This document shows, in pieces, positions 50,701 through 64,000 of a DNA stretch of 64,000 nucleotides. Made by a program: the position numbers and the translations under genes. Below the pieces are notes generated by a model. It made no database searches, had not been told where the DNA came from, and was given only the letters and a program-made list of their open reading frames with translations. The stretch covers positions 4,650,001 through 4,714,000 of the forward strand of contig OX597842.1 of the NCBI GenBank assembly GCA_951406725.2. The letters are read 5' to 3'. Origin of the DNA: Octopus vulgaris (lineage: Eukaryota). Position 1 is the stretch's first letter. Every line of letters begins with the position of its first letter.

Positions 50701-52839
50701 CTGTAAGAGTGAGAAAGAAATAACGATAACATCACAACAATACTATACACTTATAACAATATTGAAATAAAAAAATTTTTATAAATCAAAGCAAAAAAAT
50801 GTTTATGAACAGATACAGGATTGGCTGTGGTGGTAAGAAGCTGACTTCCCAACCACATGGTTCTGGGTTCACTCACACTGCATGGCACCTTGAGTAAGTG
50901 TCTTCTACTATAGCCTTGGGCCAGCCAAAGCCTTGTGAGTGGGTTTACTTGATGGAAATCTGTTGTATGTGTATGTGACCACTGCTTGACATCTGGTGTT
51001 GGTGTGTTTATGTCCCCATAACTTAGCAGTTTGGCAAAAGGAACCGATAGAATAAGTAGCAAGCTTAAAAAGAAACTAAATACTGGGGTCAAGTAGTCCA
51101 CCTAAAGTTCCTCAAGGTGATGCCCTAGCATGGCCATAGTCTAATGCCTAAAACAAGTAAAATATAAAAGATAATTCAGGTGCAGCAAAAAGTAAAGTTA
51201 CAAATGAATTGATGCTAATATCTGAGAGAAGAACGCCTTCCTTCAGGGATACATATGATGCAGTACAGTAACCCTTAAGGGCCATAAGGAAACCAACATC
51301 CTGCATTACATGTCAGGATCTGACCTGGAACCCACAAGGGAGGCAGAAGAGAGGATGCCCTAAAAACGGAAGGAAGAAGAATAGTGAGGCAGAGCTGAAA
51401 AATTAGGGATCCAGCAGGAGGGAAGCAATCTTGCAGTACCATGTAAAAGTGCCATGTGGTACCATGTAAAGCCACCTATGTGGTGCCACGTAAAAGCACT
51501 CTTGTGGTACCATGTAAAAGTGTCCGTAAAGCACACTCTGTAAAGTGGTTGGCATTAGGAAAGGCATCCAGCCATAGAAACCAAGCCAAATCAGACTGGA
51601 GTCTGATGCAGCTCCAGTCAAACCAACCAACCCATGCTAGCATGGGCAACAGACATTAAATGATGATGAGGATATAGTTATCTTTTGGTTGTGTGTGTCT
51701 GCAATGCAGATTTTAAGAAAAGACTTCCACTATAATGACAGGTTGTAATTGCAAGAGAAATACACAGAGAGAGAGTGAGAATGTGTGTGATAGATAGAAT
51801 TAATGAGTAATGATGGATAATGACTAGGTTAAATGAAGGATAAGCACTTAGAGTGGGCATGGAGAGAGTGGAAACTTTTTGTGAATTTTTAGAAAATGAC
51901 CAGAAATACTTAGAAAGGAATGAAAGGACAGGCACAAATCCAGTTGATTTGAGAGGAGTGGTTTGATATCAACGACTGACCCTTGTACTTTATCTAAACA
52001 ACTTTGCTGTCCACGGAGCATTGACTATCAATGGCTTTTGTTGCCTATTTCTTGACTCTGGTCTGTCTTTCCACTAGAATAGCTGATCCCTCTGTTGGGT
52101 TCATATGAGAGATCCCTTTTATCCTATTCATTCCCTACATTCAACAGTCTTGCATATTAACTTTTCTATGCCTGTTTCTTGTCCACATCACTAAATGCAA
52201 GCATAACATTATCCATCCACACACACTTCTCTCCTACAATATCTCGATTCTCGCTGATACACCAACAATCCAGAACACTTCTTCTAAATACATTGTTACA
52301 GAGGTTCTCTCCCCTTTTCAAGCCTTTCCTTCTTCCCTCCTGTGTGTTGCAAGCAGGGCATAGGTGTTTCGCAAACGTATGGCAAACCAATATAAAACAC
52401 CTAATACCAATTTGCTTCAGCTTTTCAGAATCTGTTTGTTAGCATAGCGAACATGTCAATGCATGTACCTACCAGCTATCATTTCCCACTTAATGTCTGG
52501 GGATGAGATTAAAATACAAAAGAAAAAGGGTATAAGAAGTTTTCATTATACAATGCTCATTTCCATTGTATTTTATTCAGTGTAAAAGAATTAACACATT
52601 GCAAGTGTTATTCTCTTGTCCAAAGTGAACTAAAAATCAATTAAAAATTTTCCAAACTGCATCTGTTTTAGTGAGGGAAACACACTGGAACTGCTTTCAA
52701 ATTGCCTAAAGTTATTGCTCATCTATACTGGTATTACGCATTACTGAGGGTGAACTAATAATCATGAAATCACATTAAACTCATTCCACACTTGAACCTT
52801 GTTCATCAGTCTCACAGACTTAGCCTTAGGAAAAATTTT

Positions 52840-53492
52840 TAAGCCTCGTTTATACAACAAAGATTATATAAAACTGGGCTTCACATTTTCTGGAAATGAA
52901 AGCAATCCTAGTCACCTGTACCTGTTGTTGATGAGGGGAACTTACAGAACTTTTGGATTCATGTTTCAAAGAAACATCCAAACCTAGCTTACAAAGCTTT
53001 ACAAATTCTTCTGCATTTTTCTACTACATACATTTGTGAAGCATCTTTTTCAGCAATGCTAGACATCGAAATGGGGAAACATGAAAATGCTTGATAGTAA
53101 AATGCAAGTGTCATTATCTAACATTCCATCTAATATCTAAAATCTCTGTTCTTCCCATCAAGCTCACTGAAATAGTAAGTTATAAAAGTTATTTTTTTTA
53201 CTAATCCTTGCACATCATCATCGTTTAACATCCACTATTTTTACAAATTATTATCAATAAATGATAACTTACATTTCTCTTGAAAATGTATTTTATTTTG
53301 CTTACAAATTATATATCTATAAAATATAAATGAAAGATTTTCTTGACATTTTCTGCTATTAAAATTAATTTATGCATCAGCATCTTATAATCATGGTAGA
53401 TCATATTAAAATAATTAATGCTAGGTTTGCAGAAAACTAAATGTATGTTTAAAATGTGTGTCACTAACTGGAAGAGTTTGAAAAAAACTGCT
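52840..53492 (+). mobile_element. Internally deleted hAT (Charlie/Buster-like) remnant
   Basis: YNKDYIKLGFTFSG N-terminal motif and LHFSTTYICEASFSAML dimerisation-domain motif; gtttgaaaaaaactg end. Confidence 0.7.
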
Positions 53493-53712
53493 CTAATAGA
53501 TGTCGTGACTGACTGACAGATTGAGATCACCTCTTTTATAATATAAGAATAATGATTTTCTATGAAAACATTAAGGTCAGTACCTTAAAATGAAGCAAAC
53601 AAGGAAAGCGTCAACACTTACTCATTAAAATACATGACCTGGGGTTAAACAAAATTATTCCCCCCCCACAACACATACACACACACATCAAAAGAAGAAG
53701 ATGATGACCTAC

Positions 53713-54182
53713 CTGGTTCACCATTGGTAGAGTTGGCTTGTTACAGGGGTTAGACGGTGAGAAGTTGTCACAAGTTGGTATGCCACGCCGGTCTCCAATA
53801 GTACCAGGAGTAGCAGCCAGTTCTTGCAGCTCATCCAGTGGCATTCCATCACCGCTTCCGCCTCGCTGTGAAGAGTCGACAGCAGTGGAGGAGGTGCCAT
53901 AATGTGAAGTGGGAGACATTGCTGCAGCCGCAGCAGTGGGCAGGGCGGGCAGAGGTGGGGCAGGGGGTGGTGGTGGAGGCGGTGGATATCCCGTGATGGT
54001 GGCAGAGCTGCTGCTGGAGTAATTTGCAGTGTTCATAGTGCTTCTAGAAGTGCTGAATGTTGTGCCAGTTGCCGTGGTGACTACTGTGGCTGCAGTGCTG
54101 TTGCCAGTCTGCTGGGTGTGAGGCACTGGCCTGTCTTTGGCGGCTGGCAGCCACTCAGATGACCGGTTCCCAATAATATTTC
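53713..54182 (-). CDS. USP19: USP19 exon (low-complexity Thr/Ser/Pro/Ala linker)
   Basis: ttttcag acceptor, gtaggt donor; 470 bp open frame, GC-rich relative to introns; phases fit both neighbours. Confidence 0.85.
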
Positions 54183-54261
54183 CTGAAAAAGCAAAACCAG
54201 AATATGAACTTGTACATACAATTATAATTTTTTGCTTTGTTAACTTCATCTTTACAGATAA

Positions 54262-54620
54262 TAACCACATGGTTCTGGGTTCAATCCCACTGCATGGCAC
54301 CTTGGGCAAGTGTCTTCTACTATAGCCTCAGGCTGACCAAAGCCTTGTGAGTGGATTTGGTTGACGGAAACTGAAAGAAGCCCGTCGTATATATGTATAT
54401 AGATGTATGTGTGTGTATATTTTTGTGTGTCTGTGTTTGTCTCCCCAACATCGTTTGACAACCGATGCTGGTGTGTTTACTTCCCCCATAACTTAGCGGT
54501 TCGGCAAAAGAGACCGATAGAATAAGTACTAGGCTTACTAAGAATAAGTCCTGGGGTCGATTTGCTCGACTAAAGGCAGTGCTCCAGCATGGCCACAGTC
54601 AAATGACTGAAACAAGTAAA
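54262..54620 (+). mobile_element. Representative copy of the dominant tRNA-derived SINE (others near 13070, 22232, 26925, 33150, 44810, 50818, 55400, 57770)
   Basis: ggttcaatcccactgcatggcaccttgggcaagtg head, central microsatellite, cagcatggccacagtcaaatgactgaaacaagtaaa tail. Confidence 0.85.
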
Positions 54621-55540
54621 GAGAGAGATATTTTAATATTCTATGTGTTAGAAGGTAGCAAGCTGACAGAAACATTAGTGCACTGGGTAAAATACTTAAT
54701 GGCATTTCATCTGTCTTTATGTTCTGAGTTCAAATTCAGTTGAGGTTAGCTTTGCCTTTCATCTTTCCAAGGTTAATAAAGTAAGTACTAGTTGAACATT
54801 GGGGGGGGGGTGTCAATGTTATCAACTTACCCACTTCCCTAAACTTGCTGGCCTTGTGCCAAAATTTGAAACTAACATTTTATGCATTAGCTGTGAGAAT
54901 ACATTCTCATCAATTTGCTTGGTGTTTAAACACCTAGAAGATTACTTGCATTAGATCTCGTTACAGGTGTGATAGACTTTACTGTTTTGTCATCTTTATA
55001 AATGTCAATACTGTGCACTGGGAATGAGGCCAGATGCAAACCAAATTGCCTTCTATGGCTACATGCAAAATGATGTAAGAACCATCTGCTGCTATGTCCC
55101 AGCGTTTCACATCATGGAGAAAATATACATATATACACACACATACATCCAGTCATAGAAAATCTGCTTCAATAAACTCTGTCCAATCCACAAGAGCACA
55201 GAAAAGTGGATATTAACATGATGATGACAGGATTTCTTATCGTTTCTGTCCACCAAATTTCATTCCCAAGGTACTGGTCAGCCCTAACCACCATGCAGTG
55301 GGACTGAACCACAAACCATGTGATCCTGAAATTAACTGTGCCTATAACATAATTATAATAATAGACAAACCTACAGTTAAATAGCCTAATTCCTAAATTA
55401 GGCATAGTTGTGTGGCAAGAAGCTTACTTCCCAACCACATGATTCCAGGTTCAGTTCCATTGTGTGGTACCTTCTACCATAGCCTCGGGTTGACCAAAGC
55501 CTTGTGAGTGGATTTGGTAGACAAAAACTGAAACAAGCCT

Positions 55541-55586
<46 letters not shown>

Positions 55587-55756
55587 AAATTGAATAAGGA
55601 TAGAAATTGATATTAATCAATTAAAACCAGTGGCCTAGCATATTAAAGAAATCCAAAGATTAAAATATTTTTACATACAAAATTTAAAGGACTGACCACT
55701 AAAAGTGGACGGTCAACATGCTAGATATTGACGTCAAGATCACTATTTTCCACGAA

Positions 55757-55790
<34 letters not shown>

Positions 55791-56462
55791 CACAAAGTAA
55801 GTTAGGGGTTATGGGTGCAACCCACTAAGGGATAGTATTTATCCAATATACTGTTGGTAAAGTACCCAAATATTTAATACATAAATGTTTTTAATTGCAA
55901 GAAATATTTAACCGTTAAGTTATAATACAAATAAGAAAATGGAGAAACAATTAAGTTTCTTCATCAACTTTCGGATATTAGAATGTTGACTTATTTATTC
56001 ATTTAACAAAATGAGAACCTTAATAGCATACATATATACCTTATAATTCAATACATATAAGATAAGAATACAAATTATAAAAATCATAATATAAATTACT
56101 GAAATCATTAAAATCACTTCTTACAGCTGTTTCAGCCTATGGCTAAAAGTAGTTTTTTTAATTATTTTTATTGCCTATAGTTGTCAATTATATTGAGGTT
56201 GTAGGCATATATATATATGTGTGTGCATGTGTGTGTCTTTGTTTGTCCCCCACCACCACCACTTGACAACTGGTGTTGGTGTGTTTACATCCCCGTAGCT
56301 TACCACCTTTGCAAAAGAAATCAATAGAATAAGTAAAAGGCTTAAAAAATAAGTTCTGGAGTTGACTTGTTCAACTAAAACAACTTCATGGTGGTGCCCC
56401 AACATGGCCACAGTTAAATGACTGAAACAAGTAAAAGATACAAGATAAAAAATAGTACTTAC

Positions 56463-56578
56463 TTTTTTGCAGGGGAACTTCAAGGGCCCCCCATTTCAGG
56501 GGCTCTTTCTTGCTGAGTGTCACTTCAATGAGAGAACCAGTAACACGGTACTTGCACGCCAAAGGTAGGATCTCGTGT
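56463..56578 (-). CDS. USP19: USP19 exon (CS domain end: HEILPLACKYRVTGSLIEVTLSKKEPLKWGALE)
   Basis: ttttactag acceptor, gtaag donor; CS/p23 signature IEVTLSK...W..LE. Confidence 0.9.
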
Positions 56579-57091
56579 CTAGTAAAATGAAAGAGAGTGG
56601 AGAACCAAAGAGACCATGTAATCAATGAGTCATGGAGATAAATGAAACAGGAAGATGGTTTTAGAGATGGATTATTACATCACAATTTCTCAGACACAGG
56701 CATCACAAATTCTGGGACATTATGATGTTGCACATTAGTTTCTTAGGTATCAGTTATGAAATATTAGCTATGATGTCAGAAATCCTATGTGACTATGGTG
56801 TCACAAACTCTTAAGACACTACAACATCACAAATGCTGAAATACTAATACCATACATATTTAGTAATTGACTATGACATCTAAAATTCTGTGAGTGAATA
56901 TGTCAGACACTATGACATCACAAATTCTGAGACATAAACTTTGATGGCACACATACTAAGACATATCACATATTATCAGAAATTAACTATGACATCACAA
57001 ATTTTGAGACAGTGACTATGATATCACATGTTCTAAAACATTGACTTCACATATTCTCAGAAATTGGTTTATGATATTACATATTTTCAGA

Positions 57092-57760
57092 ACCTATAAT
57101 ATCACAGCTTCTGAGACATGAACTATGACATTACAACTACTGAAATATTAACTATGACATCACAACTACTGAAATATCATCTATGACATCACAACTACTG
57201 AAATATTAACTATGACATCACAACTACTGAAATATTAACTATGACATCACAACTACCGAAATATTAACTATGACATCACAACTACTGAAATATTAACTAT
57301 GACATCACAGCTTCTGAGACATGAACTATGACATCACAACTACTGAAATATCATCTATGACATCACAACTACTGAAATATTAACTATGACATCACAACTA
57401 CTGAAATATTAACTATGACATCACAGCTTCTGAGACATGAACTATGACATCACAACTATTGAGATATTAACTATGATATCACAACTACTGAAATATTAAC
57501 TATGACATCACAACTACTGAAATATTAACTATGACATCACAACTACTGAAATATTAACTATGACATCACAACTACTGAAATATTAACTATGACATCACAA
57601 CTACTGAAATGTTAACTATGACATCACAACTACTGAAATATTAACTATGACATCACAGCTTCTGAGACATGAACTATGACATCACAACTACTGAACTATG
57701 ACATCACAACTATTGAGATATTAACTATGATATCACAACTTCTGACAGGAACTATGATCT
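57092..57760. repeat. 29-bp minisatellite, >20 copies, with degenerate flanks from ~56670 to ~58300
   Basis: aactatgacatcacaactactgaaatatt repeats at 57121, 57150 and onward, with no spacers. Confidence 0.95.
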
Positions 57761-59427
57761 GTTTTTAATTGCTTCAGTCATTAGACTGCAGCCATGCTGG
57801 GACACAGCCTTGAAGACTTTTTAGTTGAACACCAGTACTTATTTTAGTTTTAAGACTGGTACTCATTCTATTGGTCTTTTTTGCTGAACCACTAAATTAT
57901 GGGGACAAACATAGACACAAAGACACACACACATAGATATGACCATCTACCAAATTCACTCACAAGACTTTGTGCCTGAAGTATCATGCAATGGGACTGA
58001 ACCTGGGACTATACAGTTGGGAAGCAAGCTTCTTACCACACAGTCATGTCTAGTTATGTTATAAATTCTGAGATATTAACTTTGACACTACACATTCTTT
58101 AACACTGATGTTATACATTTGCAGACAGTGATTCCATCACAAATTCTGAAATACTGGATATGATGTCACAATTTCTGGGAACTATTACTGAGATTACACT
58201 TCAGAAACACAAACTATGATGTCATACACAGTGAGAAATTAACTACAACACATCACTGAGACATTAAAGACATACTAAGAGAATAACTATGTCACTCTCC
58301 AACACACACACTCGGATATTATTTATGGCAGGACCTACTACAACATCACACACAGGGCACTTAAAAGATTTTGGTGCCCCCCATATAAACATAATTCAAA
58401 ATATAAACAATAATAAACCATAAAATAATTTTTGTTTTCAAAATGATACAAAAATAACAGAAAGATGGAAAATTATTCTTGTTTTTGTATACTTCCACTT
58501 TATTTATATTTGAAGTTTTCACCTACTTTTTTTTAATTGCAAAATCTTTGATCTGATCTTCAAAATTCACCTTATGTAAGCTATCTGTTTTTATATTTAG
58601 TAGAGATAAGGCATCCAGCCTGCCTTGTGGCAAAGTTGTCCTGATGGGATTTTTAATATGCTTCAATGTACAAAATCAAATCTCAGCTGAGTAATTTGTG
58701 ACTATTAATGTTAAAAATATACAAAAGACATTTGGAAAGGCACACTCAATCATGTTTATTTTTGTATGCTTCCACTGTATTTATATTTGAAAAGTTTTCT
58801 CCTGCTTTTTTTTAATTGTAAAGTCTTTGTGCTGCTGTAAATCTTAGGTAAGATACACCATTCTACTCATCCCCTCAAAACACACCATTCTACTCATCCC
58901 CTCAAAACACACCATTCTACTTGTCACCTCAAATCTTAGACAAGGCACACCACTCTACTTTGATCAGATCTTCCAAAATTAATCTTACAAAACACATTTG
59001 CTTCTATACTTAGTAAAGATAAGGCATCCCAAATATTATTTACTTTGATTTCTTTTGTGTCATAAGCCATTTACTATTTCTATGATAAATCTTCCTTTGA
59101 TGACCTAAACATATGCTTATTTGCTTAATGGTTAATCCAGCTCTGATCATACAGTCACTCTGACACATTCACAATGTTGTTATCAATTATAATGTGATAA
59201 AGCACAATGAATGCACCAACAGAAACAGAGAGACACCAACTATGTTGGAAAATATGAGGTTGTTAAATAGAATTCATGTCTAATCTGCCACAGCTGTAAA
59301 CCTTAGATTAGACACATAATTCTACTTGTCCCTTCTATCAACCTCAGCTGTATGCCTGAGACAAGACACACCACTTCACCTATTCACCTAAATCAACAAC
59401 AACAACAGCAATATCTGCAATACTTAC

Positions 59428-59499
59428 TTCACATTAATTTTCCAACAGAACACTGTTGATTCTGTGGTTCCTTGGTGGAGGTCAAGGAATTTCGGATCA
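59428..59499 (-). CDS. USP19: USP19 exon (CS domain: DPKFLDLHQGTTESTVFCWKINVK)
   Basis: tttccag acceptor, gtaag donor; 72 bp; phase matches next exon. Confidence 0.85.
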
Positions 59500-60324
59500 C
59501 TGGAAACAGAAAAAAAACCAAGGTTGAAATATCAGATACATTGATCATAGATTAGACACATAACTAACTTGGGGTTAAATAACAACAACAACTGGATAAA
59601 TATTAAGCAATGAGGCCTAATCAAAATGTATCAAGACTGGCGCTATAACAAGAAAACAGCAATTAATTTCTTTCAAAGTAGTTCCCTTCTGAAGCCATTC
59701 ACTTTATCCAGCATTGTTTTCATTGATGGAAGCATTCCTAGAACCTTTTTGGGGATAGTGAGCAAATGCCTCTTTACAATTTCTTGGATTTCTTCAAATT
59801 CTTGAAATCTTGTTCCTTTCAAGCAGTATTTGAATTTTGGAAAGATTCTTGGCTGTAATAACCTTCAAGTTGTGTCTCTTTCCATGCACACAGCCACACA
59901 CACAGACACATGTATTTTCTCTGGTCATCACTGATGGAACCTCTGTGGTGTGGTGAGACAACCACACACTACACACTTTCCTTCTGAGCACTGCTGTAAA
60001 CAACGGGAGTGAGCAAGATTGTTATGACTTAGTGTGCATGCACAACAGAGTTTAAGGTCAATCTGAGCCAAAAAGCTTCACTCTGTGTTTTTTAGCACTG
60101 TTACCACAGCAACAGTCCTAATACTTTTTAATCAAACCTCATATATATCATCATCATCATCGTTTAGCGTCCGTTTTCCATGCTGGCATGGGTTGGATGG
60201 TGCAACTGGGGTCTGGGAAGCCAGAAGGCTGCACCAGGCCCAGTCTGATCTGGCAATGTTTCTACGGCTGGATGCCCTTCCTAACGCCAACCACTCCATG
60301 AGTGTAGTGGGTGCTTTTTAGTAT

Positions 60325-60590
60325 TAATACCTGATTTCATTCAGGTCTACTCAGGCCACATTTTAAAAGATGAGGAATTTTGCCCCATAGGCTACACCTT
60401 AAAATTGAGCAAACTCAGAGTTGCCATGCTAACTCCCCAGCACTTTTAAGAAATTTTCAGCTCAATCCAACCACATTTACTAATACTTTTGCCTGCACAA
60501 CTGCATGTGAGATAACATCCACCCTTTTCACAAATATATAGTAGATAGCAGAGATACCTGGCCTTGCTCAGGATTAAAATGGCATAGTTT
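60325..60590 (-). mobile_element. Helitron-like repeat, second family
   Basis: Homologous to 63280-63640; hairpin cctggccttgctcagg next to a degenerate CTAG. Confidence 0.55.
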
Positions 60591-61228
60591 TTTATTGTTT
60601 CAGTCATTTGACTACGGCCATACTGGGCGAAGAAATCAACCACAGGATTTATTCTGTGTAAGCCTAGTACTTATTCTATCAGTGTCTATCGCCAAACCGC
60701 TAAGTTATGGGAACATAAACACACCAACATCAGTTGTCAAGCAATGGTGGACAGACATACACACATGCACACAAACAAATATACACACGTATATGACACT
60801 TGTCTTTCAGTTTCCACATACGAAATCCACTCACAAGGCTATGGCGTCTATGAATTGTGTATGGACTACCTCACACAATTCGGTAAATTTCTGTGTTATA
60901 TTTTACATAGAATCAAGTACCCTGACCTCCTAATATGCTGCAAATCCCTTATTTTGGTTTGGAAAAGTGGGGGGGTGGCAATGGGGGACCCCCCCCATCC
61001 AGGATTCATTGGAAATTTTTTTCTCTTTCATTGAATGAATTCCTGTGACCACCTAACATGCTACAAAACCCTTTTGGGGGTCCTAAAAACGGGGCTTGGA
61101 GCAATCTCAAGAATAATCAGCTGAAATTGTGAGGATAATCTGGTTCTTGACTGAAGATAGAAAACTTCGAATGACCCGTCCTTGTTTTCTTTGTATCGTC
61201 TATCTGGATGCTTTGTTGTCCCTTTTTG

Positions 61229-61233
<5 letters not shown>

Positions 61234-61282
<49 letters not shown>

Positions 61283-61446
61283 GTATATATATATATATCA
61301 TATATATATACACATATATATATATATATATATCATATATATATACACATATATATATATATATATATATATCATATATATATACACATATATATATATA
61401 TATGTATGTATGTATGTATATATATATATATCATATATATATACAC

Positions 61447-61480
<34 letters not shown>

Positions 61481-61494
61481 GTATATATATATAT

Positions 61495-61535
<41 letters not shown>

Positions 61536-61575
61536 TATATATATACACACATATATATATATATATATATGTATG

Positions 61576-61623
<48 letters not shown>

Positions 61624-61754
61624 CACACACACATATATATATATATATACACATATATATATATATGTATGTATGTATATATATATATATATATACACAC
61701 ACATATATATATATATATCATATATATATACACATATATATATATATGTATGTA

Positions 61755-61795
<41 letters not shown>

Positions 61796-61817
61796 TATAT
61801 ATATATCATATATATAT

Positions 61818-61851
<34 letters not shown>

Positions 61852-61870
61852 CATATATATATACACATAT
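61234..61870. repeat. Compound (TA)n/(CA)n/(TATG)n microsatellite
   Basis: Directly visible; source of the YIYI ORFs. Confidence 0.97.
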
Positions 61871-62837
61871 GAGATGTCATCGGGTGTACCACAGGGATCT
61901 GTCCTTGGTCCCCTCCTGTTTGTGGCATACATTAATGACATAGATGCCAATTTAAAGAATGCCACAGTATTGAAATATGCAGACGACATCAAGCTGTACC
62001 TTGAAATCAAGAGGACTGATCCTGATGTCTACAACTCTTTCCTGCAATCAGACCTAGACACAATGCAGCAATGGATCACAGACTGGCAACTGAAACTGGC
62101 TGTGGACAAGTGTACCACCATGCATTTTGGGAGAAAAAACCCTGCGTCCACATACTCCCTCCACAACACTGATATCAAGAAATCCTCTTGCGAGCGTGAC
62201 CTAGGCATCACTGTCAGCAGTGATTTGCGTTGGACAAAGCATATCTCTAAAATTGTCAAGAAGGCCGAGGGTGTCTTGGCATCACTCAGCAAGACTTTTG
62301 TTAGCCGCTCTCCAGCCATCTATTTAAAACTGTATACAGCTATGGTACGACCACACTTGGAATTCGCATCATCAGTTTGGAATCCCTATCTTGCTCAGAA
62401 CATTGACCTCCTGGAATCTGTCCAGAGACGTGCAACCAAACGCATACCCTCCATTAGACACCTACCATATTCTGAGCGCCTTGTTTCCCTGGGCATGGAT
62501 TCACTGAAGCTCCGGCGTCTAGCGACGGACTTGGTAAACACCCACAAGGTTATCAACCACCTCACCAACAACAACACTGAACACCTTTTTGATCTCCATG
62601 TGTCTAACACACGTGGACATGCCTACAAAGTCAGAAAACAGCACAGCTCCCATGACTTTCAGAAACATTTTTTCACGCTCAGGGTTGCTGAAGCGTGGAA
62701 TAAACTGCCTGCATCAGTTGTTGACTGCCATGACACTGCATCCTTTAAGGCCCTCATGCTTCCCGAAATCCGTCGAAACTACAACTGATTATATATACAC
62801 TTTAGATGAGTTGTAGTGCACCTGAGCACTGTACACA

Positions 62838-62865
<28 letters not shown>
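61871..62865 (+). mobile_element. 5'-truncated CR1-type LINE with uninterrupted RT C-terminal frame
   Basis: [52 protein letters not shown]; stop at 62788; (tta)n tail. Confidence 0.93.
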
Positions 62866-62872
<7 letters not shown>

Positions 62873-63279
62873 CATATATATATACACATATATATATCAT
62901 ATATATATACACATATATGTATGTATATATAATATATATATCATATATATATACACATTTGGTGGGTGATAATAATTCACCATTCTAAAAGCCCTGTGGC
63001 AGGAATATTTAAACTTCAAAAGAGTGAAATGCATTTTCAATACAATATCATTATTTGCTATTTTATTCCTCTCCATTAAACACAGTTGCGGCTGTCAACA
63101 CTTTCTCCCTATAGATACAGAGAGAGAGAGAGAGAGGTGGTGAGAGAAAGAGCGACAGAGAGGGAAAGAGAGTGGAAGCTGTCAAATGCCATTATAGAGA
63201 AAAAGTGGAGGCAAGAGAGATATTGATGAAGAAAGGGTGATCTCCGAAAGGGAGAAATGACAAACATGCTTTCCAATGG

Positions 63280-63645
63280 AGCAAACTGAAACTTGCCATG
63301 CATACTTGCCAGGACGTTTCCCACACGTGTGTGAATTTTCAGCTCAATCTGACCACATCTACCTGCACATTTTGCCTGCACAACTGCATGTGAGAAAACA
63401 TCCGGCCTTTGCACAAATATATAATAGACTAGCAGAGAAACCTGGCCTTGCTTAGGATTAAAATAGTTTATTCTCGTTTTACTGGTTTCAATATTATAAA
63501 CCCAATTTCATTCAGGTCAACGTGGCCACATTTTAAAAGATGAGGAATTTTGCCCTAGAGGCCACGCTTTTCAATTGAGCAAATTCGCCATGAACTTTTA
63601 ACATAGGTATGCAAATTTTCAGCTCAATCCAACCACATATGCACA
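63280..63645 (-). mobile_element. Helitron-like tandem copies joined head-to-tail
   Basis: Minus strand: hairpin then CTAG immediately followed by TCTATTATATA at 63432-63418; the same internal segment (ttttcagctcaatc) lies on both sides. Confidence 0.65.
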
Positions 63646-64000
63646 CATTATATATATATATACATGCACATTAAATATATATATGTATCTATATACACAT
63701 TGGAGGGAAAATTTTGGAGGGAAAATTTACAGTTTCAATCGTCTACTTAGTTTTAACCTATGCTCACCTTCCCCCCACTATTTGATGACACCTGGTCAAA
63801 AGTGGAGGCTGGTGGCATTTGATAAATCTAACGAAGATGGTGCTGAATTAGGCAATTTCTCGCCTACGATCTAGAAACATGTTCATCATTAACGGTAAGG
63901 GATTGTTTTCATTCATTTACTACTCTGATTTTGCGTATGTGAATTGCAGGGTTATGTCGTATATGGAGCCCCCACTTGTAGAAAATGGAAATAAACAGTC

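Noticed and set aside
57092-57760. CRISPR-like array of 29-bp repeats
   Set aside because: Units are contiguous with no unique spacers, there are no cas genes, and the context is a eukaryotic intron; it is a minisatellite.
61129-61943. Long YIYI-rich ORFs, including the N-terminal part of the 526-aa ORF
   Set aside because: Translation of a TA microsatellite; only the part from ~61871 is real LINE coding sequence.
59500-64000. Further upstream USP19 exons or promoter
   Set aside because: No segment with CS-domain similarity and matching splice phase was found; the region is mostly repeats.

Overview
AT-rich, microsatellite- and transposon-dense eukaryotic DNA. The SINE families, TA microsatellites and retroelement mix look like octopus/cephalopod sequence (inference). 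One spliced gene dominates the window: a USP19-type deubiquitinase on the minus strand. I traced 21 GT-AG coding exons by hand from 59499 down to the stop at 9868. They are phase-consistent and total 4003 nt (about 1333 aa), covering the end of a CS domain, Cys box, MYND finger, His box and a C-terminal DMDAVD. The 5' exons were not found and probably lie beyond the window. Introns and flanks hold tRNA-derived SINEs, RTE/CR1/RLE-type LINE fragments, Tc1/mariner, hAT and piggyBac-type remnants, non-autonomous Helitrons and foldback elements. The most notable non-coding observations are: several minimal hammerhead-ribozyme motifs, including an inverted pair and one on a tRNA-headed SINE-like element; two 5S-rRNA-derived copies fused to a SINE-type tail (candidate 5S-headed SINE); a Helitron CTAG|TC head-to-tail junction; and a ~690-bp foldback in the probable USP19 3' UTR. 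Most ORF-track entries are microsatellite or antisense artefacts.
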